This document shows, one piece after another, positions 46,281-59,533 of a stretch of DNA of 64,000 bases. Position 1 is the stretch's first letter. Every line of letters starts with the position of its first letter. The notes beneath the pieces were generated by a model. That model did not search any database and was not told the DNA's origin. It was given only the letters and a program-made list of their open reading frames with translations. Both the position numbers and the translations under genes were made by a program. Origin of the DNA: Mustelus asterias (Eukaryota); assembly GCF_964213995.1 (NCBI RefSeq), contig NC_135811.1:107446001-107510000 (forward strand). Reading direction: 5' to 3'.

Positions 46281-49200
46281 AAGCCGAAATGGTCAATGCA
46301 GCTGTTTCTACTCCATACGAGTTTCCTCACACCTTACATGTATATATACATAACTAGTATACACAAATATGAATACACATACATATTTTGCAAATATTGT
46401 ACATTTAATTTTATATATTATATATACAGGCAAACACATTGCATATGAATAGATGTATGTACATATATAATATGGATTGGCACAGGTTTGTTAACACCCT
46501 TTGCGATGTAATGTGGAAAATAGTCTCTGATGGGTTTGCTATTTTTGCGCCGCAAGTTATTTTTTACATCATAATCCCTCTGTGAATTATTATTAATTCG
46601 TTTTAATTCCAATCTTTGTGTACACTGCAGATAAGAAACCTAAATACTTCAAACTGTCTGCAACCCTTGCACCCGTTGTCAGGAACTACGTGTTAGGGAT
46701 GCAGCGTGTCTGAAGAGGACCATCCAGTTCATATCTCTCACCTCGGAGTCCGATTGCTCCCACCACCGTTATTTGCATAGAAACTCGCATAAACAAACAA
46801 GCGCCTCCGGAAGGAGGTCTTATTGCATTCCCGACCAAAGTACCCTGTCAACAACGAGCTGGTCAAGAAATTCGACAGATACATCACTGAAACCATATTT
46901 TATTATTCCTTACAAAACATACGTCCAAGGAACTTTCTCGAAATGTTGCTGGGCAAACAAATACATAAATTACACTGATTGAAAATCCTCGATTATCCGA
47001 GATTTCCACAAGCACCTAAAAATTGATAAATAGATACACATTTACATCCTATCTCTTAATAGGTGGCGATCCCTACATAACTTCTCTCTTTATTAGTACA
47101 TAAACGGGTAGTGAAGGATAGTTTAAAGAATTAGATAAATTTCGAGGGGAGTGTACACTTTGCCTAAAACACATTTCCAATAACTGACAGAGCACTGTGG
47201 AAATCAAGACCTGTTGGTCATTTGAAATTGATCGCAGCGACTAAAATTCCTAACTCGTAAGCAGTATAAGGTGGTGATCCCCGCTCCTACTTCCCAGGTC
47301 GCGCTCCTGCTATGATGAGAGCTTGGGGAACAGAAACCGATAAACCCCGGTGCTGGTGGTCAAAATTGGGAACACCTGCACCGACTGTGGCGTGACATTT
47401 TCCGTACCGGAGCGGTGGATCAAAAGAATATCCAAATATCCATAGTCCCCATTGTACTCAGAACCCGACATTCCATAAATATGTCCCACCGACCACATCC
47501 CATTTAAAACCCGAATGCAATGCTCGCCTGCAATCACATATCCCACAAAGATAACTCGAATCCTATCACTCTGATATTTAGCAGATATATTGCACGTCTT
47601 GAATTCCAAAGTTAATATTGTATTTCATATTCCAAAACTTAACGGTGAGAGCGAGGAACTGAAACTTAATACTAAAATTACATGTGCAATATGATCAAAT
47701 CCATAATTCGAGTTGTTGTGTTCTAATCTTATTTTTGAAGCAGCTGATATATTCATTTAAAAACACGTTGTAAGTCTTTATCGTCTGTAATCACACAGTC
47801 TTAAATTGGTCTAATTCCGCACTGGGTATTATGTAGAGGATCCTGATGTCTCACATCAGTACCTGCGCCAAAAAGGGCTGTTTAATGAAACAACTTTAGG
47901 ATAATTTTTAGTGAATTTGCTTCAATGTAATTGCGTTCTTCCAGTCGCGAAGGCAGTCGATAAATGTTTGCACTCAAGCTGAAATGCTGCGACCGAGAGA
48001 ACATCCTAAAATGTTCACTTTTTTTGAAAAAAAAGATCCAAATCTTTTCTCAAAGTATTACAGACTGACCCAAACGCACACGGAAAAGAACGGTCGGTAA
48101 TGAATTACAACACAAGAGGAATTATAAATCAATGTATGTTATTTATATAAAGGCATTCACACTGAAATGTGTGGTTTGCGAAAGCCACTGGCCCCAAAAA
48201 CACTAAACGTGCAGGTGGTCTTGTCGAGAGGTGAAGTTTTGATACTTTATATACATATACACACAAACCTCGCGCGGTTTCCCTCATCAAGAGGCCTTTT
48301 CAAGGCAGGAAATTAAACATCAAATTATTACACATTTTTGTATTTGAAAACCAGAAGGAACTCGCTCTCCAGTGATTAGGAGGTGAATAAATGTTAGAAA
48401 TACATCATCAAGTGAGCACAGGAATAATGGAATAGGTGGAAAATGGAAGGCTTAATTTCAAACATTTTAGTTTATTCTCAAATTTCCTGATCAAACTGGA
48501 GGTAGAGGACGATAAAAATGTCAGGAGTACCTTTCTAGCATGTATTTTTCCTAATTATGTTGGGAACATTTAAGTTTCGTTTCCTTAACGGTACATATTG
48601 TACTTATGGAATCTGACTGGAACTGAACCTATTCTGATATGTACAGTTATGAACTATGGGAGAGTGGACTGTGCTATTTCTACTCTCACCAGTGGGACGC
48701 ACGTCTGGCAAACATACACTAGGACAATTCGAAGCAGAGAGCGTTCCCTCAGTTTTTGGCACCAGGTACAGATATCCCTAGTGACAGCCTTGAAACTTTT
48801 ATTCGTTTTCGATTCTAACTTCAGAACCTATTGCACTTTATAACAAACAGTGTGGCTGCTTCCAGAATCGACACGAGTTAATAATCTCACTTTAGTGTTG
48901 AGGTTGAGTTAATTTCTGTTTCCTAATATAGTCTTGCTGCACATATCCTAGTCTCCATCCTACTAAAATTAGTAACCGAAGGTTTAAACAATAGCCAATA
49001 TATTGACAGGCCTTAAAAAGGTGAATAGTTTCCTTCGGAGACATTGGCATCATGTATTATGTTCCGAGTCAGGGGTTCTGGGCAATGATGAGGAGCGAGT
49101 TTAGCTTTAACTCTCCACTTGAATGCTCATTTATATATTCATTTACACCATCAATATTCTCGATTGCTTTCATTAACAAAGCAATCTTTCACCCCCAATG

Positions 49201-51524
49201 TAACGAGAAAACATGTATGTTCGGTAAATAATCATCCCATGTACAATCAGTCGCGTTTCATACAAGCAAGCTCCAGCAAATCCAGGCAAAATTAAGGCTG
49301 CACTGTTTTATCGTCTATCAGAGGTCTAGTGAGGCTATTTCATCCCTGTACTATTGGTTCTGATGACCGCGTTCAACGTTTAATTGTTTAAAGTTTCCCA
49401 GATTTTCCAAAATCATGCTAATCGTCGCAACCTTGGAATATTTAGCAGCGATACTGGCGCACCAGTGAGATAGTAATTTCTGGTTTGTTAATCTGAAAGT
49501 GATCTGACTCCGATTGTCCCCCGTATCAAGGCAGCCAGTGACAGTAACACTTTAATCTTTTTGCACAATTTCATTCACCTTTCTTAAGTTTTCGGTAAAC
49601 CATCGCCATTGAGTATTGGAACATTTTCAAATTAGAGACAAATAGAAATCTCCAGATATACAAAAGCAGATATAAATATGTAGGTAATATTTATGTACAA
49701 CCCTCGGATAGATATAGCTGCAGACTACAAGATAATGGATATATCTTATTTTATCCATTGATACACTCCTATACAAATAATCATGTTATTTATGTATCTT
49801 TCATGCATTCTAACGTTTAAATGAATATAAATAGCTATCTATCTCAATCACACTTACTATCTGCCTTGGTATACATGGCTGCCGAAACAGCCATGTACAA
49901 TACCAACATGCATTACAACTTTTAGTTATTACACTTGGAAAGGTTTGTCCTACATTTCTACCATCTTCACTGAGATTTGCTTAACTTTAGAACATCTAGA
50001 CATTGGGCGTCACTGACTAACTACAGCCAGATAATCTCAATTGTAAAATGACCGAGCCAAGAAAGATTTATTATGAAAAATATCTAATAGTTTAGAACAG
50101 AACGTCGTGCGAGAATTACGGGAATAAACTGGGTCCTATTAATGTTACATATTGAGTGTCATAGCATAATATTTCACTTAGCTATCCCCAAACCTTAGGG
50201 ACCATCTCCAAGTTGTCAAACGCTTGGCAGAGGGTTGAACCCATTGATCTACAAGTAACGAGACGAGAAGAGGTCGGATTTTCATGAGCCGTTGACGGTG
50301 ACCTTACAGGTGCGAAACATGAGATTCAATGAACATCGACGGAGACAGCAAGAAAGCAGAAAAGTAATGTGTTAACGCTGGGAAAAGCCGGTGTCATGAG
50401 CTGATATATAAATATTTAGTGTATGTGTATATTCAAGAATAAAGCTTGTGACAGACTTGATGCGCTCGATTCTGACTTCGACCTTGATCACCTTAGAAAA
50501 CACAGCGAAACGTTCAACGCATGATGAAAAATATAAATGTTAAACTGCTAACAAAATTAATATTTTTGCATGGCAGCAGAATGTCTACATCGGGTTTCAA
50601 ACGATACACATATCAAAAATATATAAGAACACTGTAAAATGACAATGGGACTTTAAAGAGAAACTCAAATCTCAGTATGTGCCCAGGTTCTGTGTTTGTG
50701 ACGGACCTGCCTCTGGCTCTAAAACTACTCTTGGGGTATTGCTTCTTTTATCGAAGTGAAAATATAACACAATCCTTTTATGGACGCGTTGGGTTGAAAG
50801 GTTATCACTGTGTAAATATCTGAGTTCAGTAAAATCTATTTGAAGGAAAACAGATGGTGATTCACAGCGTATTTGGAGGCTGTGCACTCTAGGCGTGTGT
50901 GCACACTATTAAAACCACATCAGGCACTTGCAAGAGGAGAGACTGAAAGCCAACAAGAGATTAAGTCAATTCACTTTATTGGGCTTTATCAGCAAAATAG
51001 AAATCTAGAATCAACTTCAGAAAATAAACCTTTTTCTTCGACAATCAATGATTCTTGATAACGAGCCAGAAATTATATTTGCACGATTTAATCTATTTCT
51101 TGATTACCAATTAGGGTTCTGAGAAATTAATGTCGCGACCTTCCTTAAGTAATGGGACTAATATTTATTACAATATCTCGTAATCCATTATAACATATAG
51201 GGGGTTAGAATTTCCCAGTAATATACAGCAGATGACTTCCTGGTAATACTGCACTAATGATGTCAGCAAAGAGGTTAATTACGGAATAAAGAATGCGAGG
51301 CCCATATAATGGGATTGAATACGTCCCTGATTACTTTGGATTGAGTTAGTGACATGTTCTGGTTAAATCACTACCTTGGCTAAAAATCCGCAAAATTTAG
51401 GGAGATTGTGTATTTGAGGCAGTAATCTAACTGAGCAAGGGGTCCAAACGTTTACGTTGGTTGGCAATATTGATACAATCTCTGAACCCTCAAAGGCTAC
51501 TTATTACATTTATTCTCGGAAAAT

Positions 51525-51890
51525 GGACATGGTTGGCATTGCCATCATTTATTGCCCATCTGCCCTTGGGAGGTTGTAGATTACCTTCTTGAGAGGCTGC
51601 ACTTCTGGTTTGATACATTATCCGAGGCTTACTAGGCCATTTCAGAAGGCAGTTAGAATCAGCGACATTGGTGTATGACTGGAGTCACATGTAGGCCAGA
51701 CTGGGGAATAACAGTATGTCTCATTCCCTGACAAACACCAGTGAACCAATCAGATTTTTATGACAATTCAGTAGCTTCAGGGTCACTGTTCCTGATATCA
51801 GGTTGTTATTTTCTGATGTTTTTAAAAGACTGAATTCAACTTCTCAATACAGCCATGATGGGATATGAATTGTTGTGTCCATTAGATAAA
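51525..51890 (-). mobile_element. Diverged copy of the tRNA-derived SINE seen at 55741-56106
   Basis: Reverse-complement similarity to 55741-56106, e.g. CTGGAGTCACATGTAGGCCAGAC and CATTTATTGCCCATC. Confidence 0.75.
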
Positions 51891-51928
51891 TCTCAAGTTG
51901 CTAATACAGACAAACGTTTCGTTATATA

Positions 51929-52200
51929 CATAGAATTATATACTTTACAACATAGAACCAGGGCATTTCGCCCAGCTAGTCTATGCTAGTGTTTATTCTC
52001 CACACATGTCTCCTTTCACCCCCTTTTATCTCACCCTTATGCTATATCCTTTCTTCCTCACGGGATCAGCTAACTTCCCCTACAATGCATCTATGACCTA
52101 TGGTGATTATTAATTAATACCTTATATAATGGCTCCTAATTTTGGATTCCTCCACAAGTGGAAACATCTTCACTGTGTCTACCCTCTCAAACTCCATTGC
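51929..52200 (-). mobile_element. CR1-type LINE 3' fragment
   Basis: CATAGAA tail, GGCATTTCGCCCAGCTAGTCTATGC, AATGCATCTATG and AGTGGAAACATCTTC...TCTACCCTCTCAAA. Similar to the other CR1 tails in the window. Confidence 0.6.
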
Positions 52201-52634
52201 TGCTCAATGAGACTGGATATACGCAAAGTCCTTTCCAAATCTTCAGGCTCACAAAATTAAAACAAGACAAGCCATTCAATAAGGAATAAGTGCAAATAGG
52301 ATGCAGGCCTTGTGATCTTTGGAGGAGCAGGATTGCCAAGTCTTTGAGACCACATGTGGCATGGGTTATAGGCTGGACACCCATGCCATAGATCTTTCAT
52401 TTCTACCTTTGGCTCCTCAACCAGGCACTTATATAAATGGGGTAAAATTTCACTCTACAATCTGAGGAGACAGAAACTTCCTTCTCTAAATTGCTAACAG
52501 AAGCTTTAACTCATTTATTTTAGGTAGGCCTTTGTCATAATAGCAGGCAGAGAAATTAATACATAAATCTGACTCTAAAATTTTATTATGCAGCACAATG
52601 TCTTGCCAATGATATCCAAACCAGTACTAAAAAA

Positions 52635-53045
52635 AAATACATTTATGTAGAGCATTTCACAACCTCAAAAGTATTTTATTGCCAATTTTAAAGTGCAGGA
52701 AATGTAGCAGGCAATTTGTACACAGCAAGCTCCCATGAACCAGCAGTGAATTAAGTAATTAGATTATCTGTTTAAGTATTGGCTGGTAATCTGTTTAGGT
52801 ATTGGGGGGGAGGGTGGGAGGGGGAATATAGACATTACCTTGAAAGCAAAGAGAACTCGCTGTTCTTCAAACAGTGCCATTGGATCTTTTACATCTACTG
52901 AGAGGGCAGATGGAGCCTCATTTAACATTTCACCCAAATGCTAGCACTTTTGACAGTACAGCTCTTCAGTATCAGCCTAGGTCATACTCTGGAGTAGGAC
53001 CTGAACCCATAACCTTCTGACTCAGAGGTGAGAACATTACCTGCT
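52635..53045 (-). mobile_element. SacSINE1/DeuSINE-like SINE
   Basis: Head GAACCCATAACCTTCTGACTCAGAGGTGAGA and Deu-domain-like AGTGCCATTGGATCTTTTACATCTACTGAGAGGGCAGA. Similar to 58667-59098. Confidence 0.75.
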
Positions 53046-53054
53046 GAAACACAA

Positions 53055-53285
53055 AGAAGAGTAAAGAAATTCTGCCAGGTGTCCTGTTAACCTTCAAGCA
53101 ACATCAATGAAACAGATGATCTGGTCATCATCACTTGTCATTTGCGGGATCTTGCTGTGTGCAATATTGGCTGGTGTTTTTCCCACATTACAACAGCAGC
53201 TACAATTTAACACTTCATGAGCTACAAATTGTTTTGGGACATCCTGAGGTTGTGAAATGTGCTGCGTAAATGGAATTTATATCCC
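53055..53285 (+). mobile_element. 3' half of a SacSINE1/DeuSINE-like SINE
   Basis: ACAGATGATCTGGTCATCATCAC...GGGATCTTGCTGTGTGCAA...TTTGGGACATCCTGAGGTTGTGAAA is the reverse complement of the tails of the minus-strand copies. Confidence 0.7.
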
Positions 53286-53836
53286 GCCCTTTCTTTTTAC
53301 GGGACCGGCACTATAAATTCCATTTGCAGTGATTGCAGCTCTCTGCATCTGTTTAAACTTATGTGCAGGGAGTTCTGCTTTGTGTGACTGCAGGGCAGTG
53401 CAGTGATGTCTGTATTAAGCAGGGGTGCCACTGGCCAATGTTGCAAAAGCAAACACAGACTTCAAACTGCTACCTGCTCAACAAAGACAACACTGAATCA
53501 TATAAATCATTAAACCAGTAATAGCTCTGAGTGACAGCTCTGAGCATAACACTTACAGAGATTTAAAGAAGCCATAATTAAACCATCTAAATGTGACACT
53601 CATTATGAATATACATGCAGTCACACGATTCTTATCACTAACACAGTGATCTAATACTTTGTCAATGTAATTGCACTGCAGTACGAAGGCTTTCTGTATC
53701 AGGTAGGAAGTTCCTAACTTTACATAGGCAGAATACTAAAGAAATTACTAAATGTCAACCACAAGAGTAACTCCTGTTACTCCTATGATTCTTTATATAT
53801 AAATCATCTGAACTCCTCTGTTAGATTCTAATTTAG

Positions 53837-55652
53837 GAACATAGAAAATAGAAATGGAGGTAGGCCATTCAGCCCCTTGAACCTGCTCTGCCATTGAACT
53901 ACATTGCGGCTGATCTTCTACCTCAACACCATTTTCCCTCACTGTTCCCATATCCTTTGACATATTTAATATCAAGGAATCTGTTCATCGCTGTCTTGAA
54001 TATACTCAATGACTGAGAATTTCAGAGATCTCCTCCCTTTGAGTGAAGAAATTCAACACCCCCCACCACCTCACCCTCTGTCCCACCATTCCTCTCAGTC
54101 CACATTTGGCCCAGCTCTTATTCTGAGACTGCGCTGCCTGGTTCTACACCCCACAACTGGGGGAACATCCTTCCTGCATCCTAGGGCAACATGGTGGCAC
54201 AGTGGTTAGCACTGCTGCCTCACAGTGCTGAGTTTGATTCCCAACTTGGGTCATTGTCTGTATGGAGACTGCATGTTTGCCCCATGTCTGCATGGGTTTC
54301 CTCCGGGTGCTCTGGTTTCCTCTCACAGTCCAAAAGATGTGCTGGTTAGGCAGATCGGCCATGCTAAATTGTACCTCAGTGTCAGGGCGTTAGGGTAAAT
54401 TAATAGGGTTATGGGGATAGGGTCTGGGTGGGATTGTGGTCGGTGTAGACTCGGTGGGCCGAATGGCCTCCTTCTGCACTGTAGGCATTCTATGATTCTG
54501 TGATTGTATGATCTACCTTTTCAAGTCCTGTAAGAATTTTGGATGCTTCAATGAGATTATCTCTCATTCATTTGAACTCTAAAGAATATAGACCCAGTCT
54601 CCTCAATCTCTCCGCAACACAATCCCGCTATCCCTGGGATCAGTCAGGTGCATCATTGTTGCATTCGTTGTCGGACAAATATGTCTTTCCTTAGGTAAAG
54701 AGATGAAAACTGTACAGAATACTGTGGTTTACCCCGATACTCAAATCCATTTGCAAAAATGCCAACAAGCCATTTGCTTACCTAATTGCCTGCTGCACCT
54801 GTATGTTAATTTTCAGGGACTTAAGAACAAGGACATCCAGGTCTCTATGGACATCAATATTTCCCAATCTCTCTCCATTTAAGGAATACTCTGCACTTCT
54901 TATTTCCTGCCAAAGTGAATAACTTCACATTTTTCCACATTACATTTCATCTGCTATGTTCTTGGCCACTCAACTAATATATCTAAGTCCCCTTGAAGCA
55001 TCCTTGCATCTTTCCACAACTCACATTTCCACCTAGTTTTATGTCATCAGCAAACCTTGAAATATTACATTTGGTCCCCATATCCTAATCATTGATAAAC
55101 ATTGTGAATAACTGGGGCCCAAGTATTGATCCTTGTGCTAGCCAACCAGTCACAGACTGCCAATCTAATAATGACCCTTTTCTTTCTATCGTCGTTTTTT
55201 GTCCATTAACCAGTTCTTCAATCATGCCAGTATCATCCCCCAATCCCATGTGTTCTTATTCTGCTTACTAACCTCCTGTTTTCAGAAGCCAAAAGCTTCT
55301 GAAAATCCAAGTACACCACATTCACTGGTTCCCCATTATCTATTCTGCTAGTTACATCCTCAAAAATACTAACAGGTTTGTCAAACATGATTGCCCTTTT
55401 ATAAATCCATGTTGACGCTACCCAATGCCACCATTATTTACTAAGTGTCCAGTTATCACATTTTTTATAATAGATTCTCATACTTTCCCTGCTACTGATG
55501 CCAGTCTAACAGGTCTATAGATCTCCATTTACTCTCTCCATCCTTTCATATATAGTGGGATTACATTTGCCACTTTCCAGTCTGCAGGAACTGTTCCAGA
55601 ATGTATAGAATTTTGGAAGATGACCACTAATGCATCCACTACCTCTACAGCC
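53837..55652 (-). mobile_element. 5'-truncated, decayed CR1-type LINE (RT remnant), interrupted by an HE1 SINE
   Basis: Tail GAACATAGAAAATAGAAATGGAGGTAGGCCATTCAGCCC. The minus strand encodes the RT catalytic motif FADD at 55043-55054. No long ORF remains. Confidence 0.85.
54184..54512 (+). mobile_element. HE1-like V-SINE (tRNA-derived)
   Basis: A-box TGGCACAGTGG, V-domain TGGGTTTCCTCCGGGTGCTCTGGTTTCCTCTCACAGTCCAAAAGATG, LINE-like tail GGGCCGAATGGCCTCCTTCTGCACTGTAG and ATTCTATG-type terminal repeats. Confidence 0.9.
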
Positions 55653-55740
55653 ATTTAATGATTTTTGCCACTAAATTCCAAGCATTAGAAGGTTATATTG
55701 ACAATGCAAGGTGAGAAAGGACAGGAAGAAGGTGGTTTAG

Positions 55741-56106
55741 GGGGTGGCGACGGCCTAGTGGTATTATTGCCAAACTATTAATCCAGAAACTTAGCTAATG
55801 TTCTGGGGACCCAGGTTCGAATCCCACCACGGCAGATGGTAGAATTTGAATTCAATAAAAAATACCTGAAATTAAGAATCTACTGATGACCATGAAACCA
55901 TTGTCGATTGTTGTAAAAACTCACCTGGTTCACTAATACCCTTTAAGGAAGGAAATCTGCTGTCCTTACCTGGTCTGGCCTACATGTGACTCCAGATCCA
56001 GAGCAATGAGGTTGATTCTCAACTGCCTTCTGAACAAGGGCAACTAAGGATGGGCAATAAACACTGGCCAGCCAGTGACGCCCATGTTCCACAAATGAAT
56101 AAAAAG
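55741..56106 (+). mobile_element. Full-length tRNA-derived SINE (shark family)
   Basis: Pol III A-box CGGCCTAGTGG 55751-55761, B-box GGTTCGAATCC 55814-55824 and an A-rich tail. Further copies occur in the window. Confidence 0.9.
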
Positions 56107-56699
56107 AAAGTTGTGGCACAAATAGTTGGATCAAATAGTTAATGAGTTGCAATTTCTATGTCATTCTGTGCAATTCTGTGTTCCATATACACAACCTCCC
56201 TTATTGTGTGGTTACCACACAATAAGGATGATAACCCAGAAATTAAACTATTTTTATCAATACATTTTGGAGATGTGTAATGATAAATTACCACCAGGCC
56301 AAAGACAGAAAGATGATGAGGGACAACCATTAGCTTTAAGAGGGACATAAAAGAGTAGAGAGAAGCAACAAAATGGAAAGGCATAGTGGAGAAAACTTCA
56401 GCAAAAGAGTTCCAAAAAACTAACAGCATGCATTTCAATAGTGGAGCAAAATGATTGGGGTAGGTAAGCACAAGAAGCTGTCGTCAGAGAAACGGAGATC
56501 TTTACTTCTGTATCTCATTGTGAATCATTTACATTGTGTATCAATATTCTAACAGTTTTAACTCATTTCTTGGGGTCAGAAAGATTTTGTAACAGTTTTT
56601 CTTTTCAGAATTGTTTTAGAGAGCATTTCAATAATAGTGGAAACAAGTAGAGTTGCTTTAGGTTGGAATTCCACAGTTTCGGGTCCATTCTTCTGGATT

Positions 56700-57190
56700 T
56701 TTAGATGATAATGATGGAATGATGAAATCAAGGATATGTTATCGGCCAGAATTGGAGAAACGCAGAAATTATGGAGTGTTGTAGGGTTAGAGGAGATTTC
56801 AGAGATAAGGGGGGATGAAGCCATAGATACGTTTTTAGATGAACTCACATTTACAGATAGGTGGAAAGTGGGAGACCAGCCATGAGACAATTGAAACAAT
56901 AAAGAATGGAAGTAACAATAGCGTGGATGAGGGTTTCTTTAACAGATGAGCTGAGGTAGGGATGGAGTTGAATGATATAATGAATATAGAAGTGGGAGGT
57001 CTTCATGATGGGGAGAGTATGAGTGTGGAAGCTCAACTCAGGATCAAATAGGATGTCAGATTTGTGAACTGTATGGTACAGCATCAGATAGTGGCCAGGG
57101 ATTGGGATGGAATCAATGTGCAGAAACAGAGTTTGTGGCAAGACCCAATGGCTTCTATCTTTCCAATATTTAACTGGATACTGAGCTCTG
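56700..57190 (-). mobile_element. L2-clade LINE ORF2 remnant
   Basis: ORF 56851-57207(-) contains FDPELSF...ETLIHAIVTSILYCFNCLMAGLP, typical of the L2 ORF2 C-terminal region. It may extend in decayed form to about 56250. Confidence 0.7.
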
Positions 57191-58666
57191 ATAAATGAAC
57201 TACACATGAAACCTTAACTTACTTGTTCTCATCACAGATCCTGACAGTGAACACAGTGTTCCCAGCCAACTTATTCCCATAACCATCATTACCAGAAATG
57301 TGCCTTTCATCTCTGCATGCTTTCTGGGGCACAAAATGTGTTTGCAAATTGGCTATTGTGTTTGCATATACATAGAGAATGATTGTACTTCAAAAGGGTT
57401 TAATTGCTTACGAATCACATTGAAACTGATAAGGTGCTATAAAAATGCAAGTTCTTTTATTAGCTAGGAATTTGCTGGAGTTATGATAACTCCTATGATG
57501 TCAGTTGATGTCAGGCTTTTATGTGTCATAGACCATTATGTATTATTCCCTTTTACACAACCAATTGTTTGAAATTCAGATTATGTTCAATGGAATTTAC
57601 ACCAATCAGCCGGGCACTGTTTATAGTTAACAATTTCTTTGAACTCATACATACATTGGACAGGGATCAGATTGCAAGTCTGACAGCATATGCTCGCATT
57701 TTCCTTTAGGGAGATAAATGGCAGACATTAGAATCAGACTATTCCATCTCAACTCTAATCTCCATGCTGCATAGTCTGATAACTAGCATCTGGATGTCAG
57801 TATCTTTTTCTTCCATTTTTTCCAGCTCTGTTCTCTCCTCTCTCAAATGCTGGATAATGGTTCTGCCAGCATCTTACCCAAGTGGTTATGCTTCACGTGG
57901 GAGCCACGGTAATGAATGCCGCCAGCCTTTTCTATTCTTTTACTGAGTTTGGGTGTCACTGGCTTGGCCAGCATTTTTTGCCCATCCCTAATTGTTCTTG
58001 ATAGCAGAAGATATCACAGCTGGTCTTATCTTTATCCACAGTCACGAAAAATGAAGGCAAAGAGAAGAAAGAATGAAAGAACAAAGGAAAGAATTTGGAT
58101 TCATAGAGTATCTTTCATGACCTCAGGACATCTCAGAGCACTTTGCAGTCGACAATGTACTTTATCAAGTGTGGTCACTATCATATTGCATGCCTCAGTT
58201 CAGACCTCAGTTACACTATATGGTTTGTGCCATCATGATCACTTTGAGTTTATACAAGCCATTTAACTTCGCTGGTGTAGCAGAGGCCAGTATAAGGCTG
58301 ACACCAGGATATATACATTTTTAAATCTAATCTGGAAGCAAAGCAAGAAATCTACACCAGTCAGGGCATTTAAATTTATAAGTGTACGCAAACTTATGTG
58401 GTTTGAAAGAATGCTGTTCATTCTCTGTTTCCTTCAGTTGAAACGAGAATTTGCAATTTTAGATTTGTTTATGTATGGTCTGTAGCAGCGACTGACATAG
58501 ATTTCAAACTACCTGTCCCCCAGAACCATATTTTTTACCTTGCGGGTGAAGAAAAAGTATTTGTTTTCTAATCTATTTATATCACTACTGCCAGCATTGC
58601 AAATGAAGCAATGCTATTACCTCAAGCTACTAGCCTAGATTTTATCTTCAAACAGGTTTTCAGTGC

Positions 58667-59098
58667 AAAAGAAAACTTACATTTATATAGCACTTGTCAC
58701 AATCATCAGACATCACAAAGCACTTTACAGTTAATAGCGTAGTATTTGAAGCGTACTCAATATCGTGACATAGGAAATGTGGCAGCTAATTTACATACAA
58801 TAAACTCCCACAAGCAATGATAATGAGAAAGTAATCTGTTTTTATGATGATTTTTATGAGCGATAAATATTAGCCAGGACACCAGGGTTATGCCCCCTGC
58901 TCTTCCCCAAATCAGTGCCATGGAGAGGGGCAGTCTAGGCCTATGTTTAATGTCTTATTCAAAAGATGGCACCTCTGCTGACACTGCAGCATTCCCTGCG
59001 TACTCTACTGGAATGTCACCCTGAATTTTGCACTCAAGTCTTGGAGCAATATTGAATCCAAAATCTTCTCACTCAGAGACAAGAGTGCTACCAACTCA
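58667..59098 (-). mobile_element. SacSINE1/DeuSINE-like SINE, near full length
   Basis: Tail CTTACATTTATATAGCAC, body CCAGGACACCAGGG...CCCCTGCTCTTC...AAAGATGGCACCTC, head ACTCAGAGACAAGAGTGCTACCAACT. Confidence 0.8.
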
Positions 59099-59165
59099 CA
59101 CTTGGTACATTGCAGTTTAGACTTCATTTTTCAAGCTTTTATTCTTTCTTGCTCTAACCACTCTA

Positions 59166-59533
59166 TTTTTTTTTAAAGTTATTATTCATCCATGGTATAT
59201 GGGTGTCACAGGCTGGGCCGGCATTTATTGCCCATAAAAACTTGAACTGAGTGGCTTGCTAGGCCATTTAAGAGTCAACATCATTATTGTGGATCTGGAG
59301 TCACGTGTAGGCCAGACCAGGTAAAGACAGCAGATTTCATTCCCTAAATGACGTTAATGAATGAGATGGGCTTTTATGACAATCAAAAATGGTTTCATGG
59401 TAATCATTAGACTTTTAATTCCAGATTTTTATTGAATTCAAACTTGACCATCTGCTGTTCTGGGATTTGAACCCAGGTCCCCAGAGCATTACCTCTGGAT
59501 TACTAGTCCAGTGACAATATCACGACACCACCA
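59166..59533 (-). mobile_element. Copy of the tRNA-derived SINE seen at 55741-56106
   Basis: Collinear reverse complement of 55741-56106, with the B-box complement GGGATTTGAACC near 59462. Confidence 0.88.

Noticed and set aside
47310-47609. 99-aa minus-strand ORF in the repeat-poor 3' flank
   Set aside because: Non-ATG start, no recognisable motif or homeobox remnant, and its length is within chance expectation.
55741-55830. tRNA-like A/B boxes
   Set aside because: These are the head of a multi-copy SINE, not a tRNA gene. No cloverleaf with acceptor stem is evident.
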